Shown here piece by piece: positions 38,560 through 49,840 of a stretch of DNA of 64,000 nucleotides. The notes below the pieces were generated by a model. The model did not search any database. It saw only the letters and a program-made list of their open reading frames with translations, and was not told where the DNA came from. This DNA is from Octopus sinensis (Eukaryota), in assembly GCF_006345805.1 (NCBI RefSeq), contig NC_043008.1:52142001-52206000 (forward strand), in the 5' to 3' direction. The number at the start of each line of letters is the position of its first letter. Within the stretch, counting starts at the first letter, position 1. The position numbers and the translations under genes are program-made.

Positions 38560-39580
38560 ACACCCACACACAGGAACAAGCACACATGGACAGCCGAATA
38601 GCTTTCTCCTTCACTTCATAAGGCCAAGGAAATTCCTGGGTGTTTGTTGGCATGTTTCTATACAGAATGAAAATGGAACAAAAGATAGCCAGTTAAGTAG
38701 GTGGGCAGATAACCTAGTTGCACTTGTCCCAGTAGAGAGACGGAGAGAGATAGAGAGACCACAAGTAATATAGGGAACAGCATGAGTGAGGAGGGGGAAT
38801 TGAGAGAAGAAATAACTGGTAGGGGTGGTGACAAAATCTTGACAGATCGAATGCAAGATAGCACCAGTGGGGAGGGGGGAATTGGGAGAAGAGATAACTG
38901 GAAGGGGTGGTGACAAATTTCTAGACAATGAAATGTAAGACAGTCAGTGAAGTGGGTGGGTGGATGAGCAGCTGGACAGGTTGCATTTGTCCTAGGAGAG
39001 AGAGAGAGGTGAAGGTAATATAAGAACAGCCCAGTGAAGAGGAGGGTGGAAGAATCGGCACAGGTAATGTTGGTGGGAGAAGGGATATCCGGTGTAGATC
39101 GTGGGAAAATAGAGATATCCGGTATTGGTGGTGGGGGTGGGAAAGGGCGGCCGCACTGCAAACTAGTGAGGTTTTGTTTGGGGACAGAAGGATGAAAATA
39201 TGGTAGTAAGAAAGAGATAGAATTAAAATTATATTTGAGGGGACATTTTCAATGGTTAGCTCATGAAAACAAGCTGTTAGTAAATAATACATTTAGGTGT
39301 TAATGGCGAATGAATACAGAAACAGTAAAAAAATTAGAAAGAATCTTAGCTTAGCTCCTTGACATCGTTTGGTGAAGGAATGGAATGAGACGACATGAGA
39401 CAGGAGTTTTTAAACAGATAAGCTGCAACCGGAAGCGAGTTTGGGGACAGAAGGACAAAAATATGGTAATAAGAGAGAGAGAGATAGAAACGAGGAGAAA
39501 TGAGCAAAGTTTTGTTTGGGGACAGAAGGATGAAAATATAGTAGTAAGAAAGAGATAGAATTAAAATTATATTTTGAGGG
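38560..39580. repeat. Unclassified repeat with internal duplications
   Basis: TTTGGGGACAGAAGGA..ATAGAATTAAAATTAT occurs three times (39175, 39440, 39515); shares sequence with 31680-31800. Confidence 0.55.
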
Positions 39581-39659
39581 GACATGTGTGTGTGTGTGTG
39601 TGTGTGTGAGAAATGAATTAAGGTAAGATCAATAAGAAATTATTCCAGTGAGAGACAAA

Positions 39660-41230
39660 TCATCATCATCATCATCATCATCATTTAACGTCCGCTTTCC
39701 ATGCTAGCATGGTTGGACGGTTCAACTGGGGTCTGGGGAGCCCGAAAGCTGCACCAGTCCAGTCAATCTGGCAGTGTTTCTCTACAGCTGGATGCCCTTC
39801 CTAACGCCAACCACTCCGAGAGTGTAGTGGGTGATTTTATGTGCCACCGACACAGGTGCCAGACGAGGCTGGCAACGGCCACGCTCGGATGGTGTTTTTT
39901 ATGTGCCACCGACACGGTGCCAGACGAGGCTGGCTGACGGCCACGCTCGGATGGTGTTTTTATGTGCCACCGACACAGGTGCCAGACGAGGCTGGCAGAC
40001 GGCCACGCTCGGATGGTGTTTTTTATGTGCCACCGACACGGTGCCAGACGAGGCTGGCAGACGGCCACGCTCGGATGGTGTTTTTTATGTGCCACCGACA
40101 CAGGTGCCAGACGAGGCTGGCAGACGGCCACGCTCGGATGGTGTTTTTATGTGCCACCGACACAGGTGCCAGACGAGGCTGGCAGACGGCCACGCTCGGA
40201 TGGTTTTTTTATGTGCCACCGACACAGGTGCCAGATGAGGCTGGCAACGGCCACGATCGGATGGTGCTTGTTACGTGCCCACACACGGAGGCCAGTCGAT
40301 GCGGTACTGGCTACGGCCACGTTCGGATGGTTTTCTTATATGCCACTTGCCACCGGCACTGGTACCACAAAGTACAATTCCATTGATGTTCATCTATTTT
40401 GATTTGTTTTGATTTGATTTGATTTGATTTGATTCTCACTTGCCTCAACAGTCTTCACAAGTGTCACAAGAAGGAAGGTATGCACAGGTGGACTGACTAC
40501 GTCCCAGGTAGGGGCCATGGGTTATGGCCTGACTAGTCTTGCCGGTCTTTCGGATGGTGTTTTTATGTGCACCGACACAAGTGCTAGATGAGGCTGGTGA
40601 ATGGCCACGATCGGATGGTGTTTGTCATGTGCCCACCGCACTGACTACGGCACTGATGGATTTCTTGTGTGCCACAGGCACTGGTACCACAAGATACAAA
40701 TTCCATTGATGTTCATCTATTTTGTCTATTTTGATTTGATTTGATTGATTTTCACTTGCCTCAACCGTCTTCACAAGTGTCACAAGAAGGAAGGAAGGTA
40801 TGCACAGGTGGACTGACTAGTCTTGCCGGGTCTTCGGAAGGTGTTTTTATGTGCCACCGACAGGTGCCAGATGAGGCTGGCGAACGGCCATGATCGGATG
40901 GTGTTTGTTACGTGCCCACAGCACGGAGGCCGGTCGATGCGGAACTGGCTACGGCCACGTTCGGATGGTTCTCATGTGTGCCACCGGCACTGGTACCACA
41001 AAGTGTGTGCCACCGGCACTGGATGGTTCTCATGTGTGCCACCGGCACTGGTACCACAAAGTGTGTGCCACCGGCACTGGTACCACAAAGATACAGATTC
41101 CATTGATGTTCATCTATTTTGATTTGTTTTGATTTGATTTTCACTTGCCTCAACAGGTCTTCACAAGTGTCACAAGAAGGAAGGTATGCACAGGTGGACT
41201 GACTACGTCCCAGGTAGGGGCCATGGGACA
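39660..41230 (-). mobile_element. RTE 3' UTR with an expanded 60-bp VNTR and three tandem partial duplications
   Basis: About seven 60-mers at 39835-40260; the CCATTGATGTTC..GGAAGGTATGCACAGG block recurs at ~40380, ~40700 and ~41100. Confidence 0.85.
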
Positions 41231-41689
41231 CAGTATAACGATAAGAGGTGCTAATAGTCTTGTGAAGACACATGTCTAGGTCGGTTTTTATAAAGTACCT
41301 GCAAGCAATCACCTTTTATAAGGTACCTGCAAGCAGACACCTTTTTATAAGGTGTCTGCAAGCAATCTTCGGGCTCTAAGCTCAAGATTATTTTTCTGCT
41401 TATATTCACTAATCCACTTCTTGCAGCAACGTTCTCATTTTTATTCTTGTGATTTACCATGCACCAGCACCCTAATTTTTAAATGAAACAGACTATGTGC
41501 CCAAAGCCCAAAAATTGCTTGAAGACACAAAGCATGTTTTCATAATGGGCCTTGTGTCTTCAAGCAACCTTTAGTAGCTCCCATCTTTATACTGTGTACA
41601 TTGAATGATGTATATAATTGGATGAAAACATTACTCCCCCTTAATCTCTTGATCTCTGCCACTTCTAGCCATATGCACGTGCATACACA

Positions 41690-42021
41690 CATTTGTATGT
41701 ATGAATGAGCACCTTGTTTCCCTGGGCATGGATTCACTGAAGCTCCGGCGTCTGGCAATGGACTTGGTAAAAACCCACAAAGTTATCAACCACCTCACCA
41801 ACAACAACACTGAACACCTTTTTGATCTCCATGTGTCCAACACACGTGGACATGCCTACAAAGTCAGAAAACAGCACAGCTCCCATGACTTTCGGAAACA
41901 TTTTTTCACGCTCAGAGTTGCTGAAGCATGGAACAAACTGCCTGCGTCAGTTGTTGACTGCCATGACACTGCATCCTTTAAGGCCCTCATGCTTTCCGAA
42001 ATCCGCCGAAACTACACCTGA
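41690..42021 (+). mobile_element. CR1 LINE ORF2 C-terminal fragment
   Basis: SLKLRRL..DL..NTRGHAYKV..RKHFFTLRVAEAWNKLPASVV, the classic CR1 3' motif. Confidence 0.85.
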
Positions 42022-42195
42022 TTGTCCCCCTTCCATACTCAAACACATATGTGTATGTCATGACTCATGCACTGTTCTTTTCCTGACGCTTGTACATTAC
42101 CTTATGTACTATACATACACTTTAGATGAGTTGTAGTGCACCTGAGCACTGTACACAATGTTTTATTATTATTTTTATTATATATATTAGCATAA

Positions 42196-42227
<32 letters not shown>

Positions 42228-42840
42228 GCATGCATGCATATGTATATATGTATGCATGTATGGATGTCTCCATTTAATAGGGTTAGGGTTATTCAGAATT
42301 AGCCTTCAAATTATGATAATGACGTCATAATCCAGAAATGTATCGATATATCGCTGAAAACATTTAGATTATCCTTTAATAAAATTAAAAATTAAAAATC
42401 AAAATCATTTAATTTATTCCTTCCTTCTTAATTACAGTAACTGTTAAAAAATAAATGTAAAACAAAATGGAGTGTTCATACATTGACGTGTACAAAGACG
42501 GGTACATGTATGATGGGTACCTCAGTTTTTCTACCAGATCCATTCATCAAGTTTTGGGCAACCCAGGGTTAAAACAGATGATACTTGCCCATGCTACACA
42601 GAGTAGAAGTGAACTCAAAAGCAAACTTCTTAAATGAATGGTCATGCCCGTATGTTTTACACACACACACACACACACACTGGTAATGTTCTATTTGCTA
42701 TCTATGAAGAAAACATACATACATACAGATAAATACAAGCATAACTATACACATACACACACATACACACACACATACTCACATGCAAACACAAAAAGGA
42801 AACAAAATGAGAGTAAAGAGTAATAAGATAAGAGTTTTAC

Positions 42841-42904
42841 CTGGCAATGAGTACGATGATGATGATGATCGAGATTAATATGATGACCGCAAGGAGGCCT
42901 ATAA
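42841..42904 (-). CDS. Transmembrane exon of the type I receptor
   Basis: ttattgttttcttccacag|TT ... GCC AG|gtaaaa; phase 1 to 2; encodes (V)IGLLAVIILISIIIIIVLIA(R). Confidence 0.8.
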
Positions 42905-44400
42905 CTGTGGAAGAAAACAATAAGATGCTCAGTCAAGCAATACTTTATGTATACTTAAGTGGCAGCTAATATACCTAATGTAATAAGGAAGAATAAATTT
43001 GTCATCATTCAAAATTACAAAAGTAATTTAGAAAATATTAATTAGCTGTGTTGATAATTGCTGTCAAAATCAAGAGAGACAATTCCAAGATGGAAATCAA
43101 TAAAAAATTGAATGGAGACATAGTACTAGATATGTTTTGGTCTTATTAAACCTCTTCAGTAAAATATACTGGTATTCATTCTTATCAAACCCCACACTCT
43201 CCCAGCTGCATAATTCCAATAGTTTGAATGTTGAAGGTGTCACTCCTCTTTTTAACAAGGTTTATCATTAATACTAAGGATTTTTCTTTTCATCGTGAGT
43301 GTAATTTTAACTCTTAACTTCCGGTACTATGATCTAACACCACAAGGAAACCTTGTTTATGTTTATTTGTAGGGCAGTTGAGACCTGTCTAATGTAAGGA
43401 GGAAAAGCTCTAATCCCTTCTATCATTCAGTTTTATTTAGTCACATAATTATTACAAGACTGGGCTTTTGTCTTTGAAAATTTTCACTATGATTTTAAGA
43501 GTTAATTAAATATTTTGGGGTGGGGAGTTAATGAGTTAAATTTGTTAACCTCATTTTACTCCCTGTCTTTCATTCAGCTGCAGTCTTTAAACCGCTAAAT
43601 ACCAGCTTAATAATGGCAAGTTTATTTTCAAAGTTAATTAAAACTACTGTAGAGTATTTGAATAGAAATATGGTAACAAAAAGGGTTGAACTCATACAAA
43701 AAATTCACTCCCAGTTATAAAATCATATTTGAGGAGAATTAACTGGCATCCATAACTAACAAACCATGACAGAACATGACCCCTATTTTCAATACATGAC
43801 ATTAAGTGGGTATCATTTAAGTGACACTCAGATAATAAATACAGAATTTCTCACTTCTAAATTCACTCAGAGGCACTTGATCTTTAGCCCCAGGATAGTG
43901 AAGACAACATTTATCCAAGGTAACATGTAGAGGGACTGAACTTGAAAACATGCAGTTGCAGAATGAAAAGATTATAAAGAAAAATAAGACGATGTATAAA
44001 GAAAAATAATTACCTATTTTCACGATGAGGTTTGATTTATTAGAATGTATTTTCTCATGTTTCCCTTCATTCTCTAAAAAGCAAAGAATAAATTTTAATT
44101 AAAAATTAACAAAAATATCTCTGAAATACACAAACATTATTATTGATCTGAGAAGTCCAATCCAGTTTTTTGTAGGGATTGTTAATCTCAGTCATCAATG
44201 CCATCAATTTGGAGGAATCATTCAGTCAGGAAGAAATTCTTGGACAGAAGAAATAGCTGATGACAACATCAAATGATGAACAGATAGCTAATATCATCAT
44301 CATCATCATCATTATTTTGATGTCCACATTATTGTTGAAGCAGATCTTCTAAGGCCAGATAACCTTTCTCTTATCAACACACACACATTAGTGTCTGTTC

Positions 44401-44444
<44 letters not shown>

Positions 44445-44519
44445 CAATACTTGTGTGTATGCGTGTGTATGTGTGCATGTATAATATTATTATATTGTTG
44501 ATTGGGAAGAACAAGCTGG

Positions 44520-45020
44520 TCTGTTTCAGGGGACTTTTGTGCTAGGAATTACCATGAATAATTTCCAGAAATCCCTGGCCTGGCAGTGTCACTGAGGAGC
44601 ATTGCCATTTCAAGGTATGTGCTGTTAGACAGGACTGTCTGAGTTGTGTGCAGATTGACAAAGCCATACTGTATGCACTCATGTGTAGTTTGAGTACTGC
44701 TGACTTGTGAAGAAATGTTGAGCAGCTGTTTATCATGTGTAGGAAAGATCTGATAATCAGCTGAGTCCATCACGAAGACAGCCTCACTACCTGCCTTAAA
44801 CAAAACAGAGCAAGCAATATTTCTCTGTCTAGAGGCTATGGCAAATAAGTTTGTGTGATGGATGAAGTTCAAAGGGCCAAGGAAAGATACCGTCCTCTTC
44901 AGTCAAGCCTTCATCAACTTTTTCAAGTTCCACTTGGAAAGGAAAGCAAGGGTAGAGAGGGGAGTGCCATCTCCCAGTGAATTTGTGAAAAGATGAGTGA
45001 CTGTGGAAATAATGGAAGTG
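44520..45020 (+). mobile_element. Tx1-like LINE ORF2 3' relic
   Basis: MNNFQKSLAWQC..QAIFLCL..FINFFKFHLERKARVER; similar segment at 45500-45600. Confidence 0.55.
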
Positions 45021-45024
45021 AGGC

Positions 45025-45175
45025 ACGGGCATGGCTGTGTGGTTAGGGAGCTTGCTTCCTAGCTACATGGTTCGGGTTCAGTCCCACTGCGTGGCACTTT
45101 GGGTAGGTGTCTTCCACTATAGCCCCGAGCCGACCGGAGCTTTGTGATTGAATTCGGTAGGTGGAAGTTACTGCC
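45025..45175 (+). mobile_element. SINE family B head
   Basis: GCATGGCTGTGTGGTTAGGGAG..GGGTTCAGTCCCACTGCGTGGC. Confidence 0.8.
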
Positions 45176-45259
45176 GTGTGTGTAGGTGTGCGTATAGCTG
45201 CTCAGTGCCTCTCCGAAAGAGAGAGAGAGAATGACCCTACTCTGAGCATGTGTCTGCAG

Positions 45260-45800
45260 ATTGAAGAACAACAGTTGGCCAAGAGCAATTTCCTTTATCC
45301 AGATTGAGACTGGGCACCTGGCACTTAGAAGGATGTCAGATGCTGACAGTCCTTTACCAGTTGGGCAATGTGATAGGTGGATGTTCCCCTTTAGCAATAT
45401 ATAGAGGATTAGTAGTGGGGAAATGCAACAATGTCATTGAGGAAGCCCTCGATGTTGATGAAAGCAAACTGGCTAGTTTGTTTTGAGGGACTTTCTGATC
45501 AGGGACTACTATGAATAATTTCCATAAGTCCTTGGTTTGGGAGTGCTACTGGGGTGGTTATGAGTTTGAGATAAACACTGCAGGCATGGACATGCTTTTC
45601 TGACGTGTGTGCAGAACAACTAAACTGTTCAGTACAGGGAGGTGCTGTCCTCAAGTAAATTTATTGAAAGGGGTGGGGAAGTTGTGAAAATGATGAGAGT
45701 GCTCAAAGAATTGGAGACAGCACTTTCCCTAGTTGTTCAGGGAGATCTTGGACAGTGGAGTTTCTTGCTTCTCCATAGAGGTCCTCCTGAATCAGGAAGC
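45260..45800 (+). mobile_element. Second Tx1-like ORF2 relic
   Basis: GGGACTTTC..ATGAATAATTTCCATAAGTCCTTGGTTTGGGAGTG aligns with 44530-44590. Confidence 0.5.
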
Positions 45801-46044
45801 ACACATCACTTTCAACTTTTAATTTTTCTTCTTTTCTTTAACTGTTGTGTATTATGTACACTTCACTTCTTTGTTTTATTGTATACTGTGCATACTTTCC
45901 TCCCCTTTTTTTTTTTAATCATTTCATTATATGTAAACCTCTATACTTTAACTCTGTTCTTGTATTGCCCCCTCATCCTTCACTCTGGTGGCGAAAAAAG
46001 GAAACCGTCGCCGCCGTCGTCGTCATCATCATCATTATTATCAT

Positions 46045-46335
46045 TATTAAGTGAGAGAGCAATGCATGCCACCAAAGTGATATTGGGGTACAAATATACA
46101 AAGCTCAGTACACCCATCTTGACTACTTTTTTGATAAGAGTACACCAGGCACATGCATCACAACCATATGTGCATAATATGGGGATCTCATATCAAGATT
46201 AACAGTGCATGACCTTGCGGGTGGAGCCCAGTTAGAATTTTCTTCAAGATGAGTAGCCCATTCCACTCAAAAGGTCTCTTAATATGGTTTACTTAAGGAT
46301 GATGAACAAAACATTCGTGTTTCCAGTTAAAATGC
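46045..46335 (-). repeat. Second, diverged copy of the 224-645 repeat
   Basis: Reverse complement of the 340-645 region; the tail runs into ATT/ATC repeats. Confidence 0.7.
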
Positions 46336-46374
46336 TGAAGGATTAAATTAAACAATTTCAGATACACCATATAC

Positions 46375-46474
46375 CTTTTGTTATTGGGATAAATTCTGGC
46401 ATCAAGTTATCTTGAGTTTTGCTTCCTCCATTTGTTTTGAATTTATACTCTGTGATATTGTTGATCAAACTTAT
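46375..46474 (-). CDS. Juxtamembrane ectodomain exon of the receptor
   Basis: ctatcatttcag|ATA ... AAA G|gtatat; phase 0 to 1; ISLINNITEYKFKTNGGSKTQDNLMPEFIPITK, with an NIT sequon; G|TT joins the TM exon as Val. Confidence 0.65.
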
Positions 46475-46649
46475 CTGAAATGATAGATTTGAAATTTCAT
46501 TAATATAACCCACCTGATTGAACACTGATTATGATTTGCTTCAGTTCATTGTCAAGGTGTTGATGCTGTTTGTCCTTGCATTCACTATTGGTGTCAACAT
46601 TCTGTAGGGAAGACACTTCAAATATTTTCCATCCCTCCAAATCAATCAA

Positions 46650-46855
46650 TCAATCATCGTTTAACGTCTGCTTTCCATGCTAGCATGGGTTGGATGGTTC
46701 AACTGGGGTCTAGGAAGCCAGAAGGCTGCACCAGGCCAGTCTGATCTAGCAGTGTTTCTACAGCTGGATGCCCTTCCTAACGCCAACCACTCCGTGAGTG
46801 TAGTGGGTGCTTTTTATGTGCCACCGACACAGGTGCCAGACGAGGCTGGTGAAAG
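46650..46855 (-). mobile_element. RTE 3' end fragment
   Basis: Same terminal motif as 31297. Confidence 0.85.
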
Positions 46856-47594
46856 GCCTAATCAATAAATCAATAAATTAATCAATCAATCAAACAACCA
46901 ATAATATTTATATTACAAAAGTTTAATAAATAGATTCCACTGATTGACTTTTCTCCTAACCAGATGTTACTGTCAATGGGTTATTAACATTTTTCTTTTT
47001 AATTAAAAGAGTGAATATGTGGATTTAGTACGGAGGCTCAGTAGAACAGTCAACAATTTACTTTGCTCTCATTGCTTTCAGCTGTAAGATGTATCATATG
47101 GGGTACCTATATGCACTGTAGTGGAATAGACCAGAAAGAAGTGAGCAACATTGGAGATAAATTTTTAGTTATTCACGTGGTAGAGTAACACTTTGTGAGG
47201 GAGGGGTTTAGTTGATTACACTGACACAAAGATCATCATCATGATCATCATAATCATCATCATCCCCACCACCACCACCACCACCAGAGATCAGGGATGG
47301 TAAGTAGATGGGGAGGATGAAGGGAATAAGGCGGGGAACAGAGAAGAGAAGGGTTAGTTATAAGGTTGAGAAAAAGGAGGATCAGAATTGAAAGGAGAAT
47401 GTGTTTAGTGGGGGACAGGTCTAGGGCTATCCATCATTATAAGTATGTTTTAGAAAAGAATGAGAAGTAAACTTGGTTCCACTGAGAGTGTGGACCCAAC
47501 CATTTTGAAGTATCAAATGCATTCTCATAAAACATGCAGCCTGCCTCCCTATCATCTTTAGATATTTTAAAATAGAATAAAAATATAATTTTAC

Positions 47595-47821
47595 TTCACT
47601 GATCCTCAGAGATTTATCAAAGAAATTGAATCTTAGGCTTGTGATTTCACTGTCTTCATATGTCTTCAGATTAAAATATCTAACATAGTAATCTCCATAT
47701 ATAGCTAGATGTTTCCAAAACAACTTTCTAGAGGAAGAAGATAACCCGTCTTGATTTATTTCTACGGTGAAATTTCGTTCATGTTCTTCAGGAGAAATAA
47801 CTTTCAACACCCAATCTTTGC
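47595..47821 (-). CDS. FN3-like ectodomain exon of the receptor
   Basis: tttatatttcag|GC ... GAA|gtaaaa; phase 1 to 0; KDWVLKVISPEEHERNFTVEINQDGLSSSSRKLFWKHLAIYGDYYVRY.. resembles the FN3 P.N.TV..S.S..L.W..Y.V.Y pattern; NFT sequon. Confidence 0.65.
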
Positions 47822-47855
47822 CTGAAATATAAATTCAGAAAATGTCTTTTAGTGT

Positions 47856-47891
<36 letters not shown>

Positions 47892-47984
47892 ATATGCACA
47901 CCTAAATACATATACATTTAAATCTGTAAGACCCTTAAGTGATGCATTTATATCGTTCACCTAAAGTACTCATAATTTGTTACA

Positions 47985-48975
47985 TCATCATTTGGATTTG
48001 TGGAAGTAATGATGTGGAAGTGTGGTAAGAAGTGGAGATGTGGCAGTATGGTAAGAAGTGCAGCATGGTAAGAAGTAATGATGTGGGAGAGTATTAAGTA
48101 ATAATGATGTGTCGTGTGTGGTAACAAGCAATGATGTGGTAATGAGGTGAGAAGTAATGAGGTAGCAGTGTAGTAAAAGTAATAATGTGGCAGTGTGGTA
48201 AGTAGTAATGATGTGGCAGTGTGATAAGAAGAAATGATGTAGGAGTGTGGTAAGAATTCACGATGTGGTTGTGTAGTAAGAAGTACAGATGTGGCAGATG
48301 GTAAGAAATAATGATGTAGCATTGTGTTAAGAATTCACGATGTGGTTGTGTAGTAAGAAGTACAGATGTTGCGGTGTGGTAAGAAGTAATGATGTAGCAT
48401 TGTGTTAAGAATTCACGATGTGGTAGTGAGGTAAGAATGATATGGAGGTGTGGTAAGAAGTAAGAAGTGCAGATGTGGCAGTGTAATAAAAGTAATGATG
48501 TGTGAATTGGTAATAAGTAATGATGTGACAGTTTGGTAATAATTAACGATGTGGTAGTTTGGTAACAAGTGATAATTTGGGAGTGCGGTAAGAAGTAATG
48601 ATGTGGCAGTGTGGCAAGAATTAATGGTGATACAGTGTGGTAAGAATACTGGTGTGACAGTGTGGTAAGAAGTAATGATGTAACAGTATTGTAAGAAGTA
48701 AAGATGTGGTAATGTGGTAGTGAAGTAAGTAGTAATAATTATGCGGCCGTCTGGTACGAAGTAATGATTTACTAGTTTTGCAAGAATTAATGATGTGTGA
48801 ATGTGCTAAGTAGTATTGATGTAGCAGTGTGGTATGAAGTACAGATCTGGTAGTGTGGTAAGAAGTAATGACATATTAATGTGCTAAGAAGTAATGATGT
48901 GGCTGTGTGGTAATAATTAATAATGTAGCAGTGTGGTAAGGAGTAATGATGTGGCAGTGTTGTAAGAAGTTTGCT
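47985..48975 (+). repeat. Degenerate ~26-bp minisatellite (GATGTGGCAGTGTGGTAAGAAGTAAT)n running into a SINE B head
   Basis: Tens of copies; the last unit continues as GAAGTTTGCTTGCCAAC..GGATTCATTCCCACTG. Confidence 0.85.
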
Positions 48976-49039
48976 TGCCAACTGCATGGTTTGGGATTCA
49001 TTCCCACTGTATGGCACCTTTGCCATGTGTCTTCTACTA

Positions 49040-49840
49040 TCAGGGTGGTCTGAAAAGTTCATAGGCTGTGTATGAAGGAGAGATGCTACAGTTGTGAAAT
49101 CTTGCATGCATTAATTTCAAATCTTCCTATTAATAAAGAAATAGTTTCTTTCCATCGAAACTGACATCTGACTGTTCAAAGAAGACTTCAAACGTAAGAA
49201 CTTGCCACTTCTCTTGCAAAGGGACAAAGTCTGGCATCGTGGTATTATCAAGTATTTGTAGTAAAAGTGATTAGACCCCAAGAACTGTCATACAGACATG
49301 ATTGCTACATTAATGGATAATGCTCCAGCTTTAATGAGAGTGCAAAAGTTAGCATCTGAGGGGAAGAGAGAGTCTTGAAGATGGCTCAATGTCTGAATGA
49401 TCTGCAATTGCCACCACTCAGGAAAACAATTATTGTGTTCACCACTTGGTGATGGATGATTGATGATTAACTATAAATTAAACTAGCAGTATCGCCCGGC
49501 GTTGCTCGGGTTTGTAAGGGAAATAACTATATAAGCATTTTTAGAGAGTTACTTCCCTTATATAACCCGAGCAAAAATCATTAAAAATGCGGAAAAATGA
49601 TGGTAAATTTTTTTTTAAATCGTAGACTCATTGTAGACGCACGCTAATACCCAGAAGGGCTCGATATGAATCACGACTATAAGATACCCGCTTTTGGTTA
49701 AACTGCACTGCAAAATGTGGGAGTAGTTAGGAATCTAAATCGGAGTAGACAGACACACACACACACAACTTTAGTTTTATATATAAAGATAGCGAATGTT
49801 ATTTGCAAAGCCAGTGAGAAAGTAGTGAGGAGATGACAAT
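49040..49840 (+). mobile_element. Mariner 5' end relic (TIR plus HTH region), interrupted by a Helitron
   Basis: TA-TCAGGGTGGTCTGAAAAGTT TIR-like start; HRGIIKYL..GRESLEDG..ATTQEN..VHHLVMDD..LTIN|IANV. Confidence 0.7.
49483..49789 (-). mobile_element. Non-autonomous Helitron, 307 bp
   Basis: Minus strand: host A|TCTTTATATATAAAA ... CCCGAGCAACGCCGGG hairpin ... CTAG|T host; no TSD. Confidence 0.88.

Noticed and set aside
39850-39880. CAGACGAG/CAGATGAG in the RTE 60-mer as a ribozyme core
   Set aside because: U4 is replaced by A and there is no GAAA partner.
39835-40260. Regular 60-bp repeats (and the 29-bp array at 19.7 kb) as a CRISPR array
   Set aside because: Head-to-tail tandem units with no unique spacers, no cas genes, eukaryotic context.
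47427-47594. Read-through of the FN3-like exon to the stop at 47427
   Set aside because: The donor at 47595 gives an exact phase match to the next exon; read-through might encode a secreted isoform, but nothing in the sequence supports it.
47755-47800. CTGAAGA...GAAA on the minus strand resembling a hammerhead
   Set aside because: No stem II (ACATGAAC cannot pair), stem I needs a bulge at the core, and it lies inside a coding exon.
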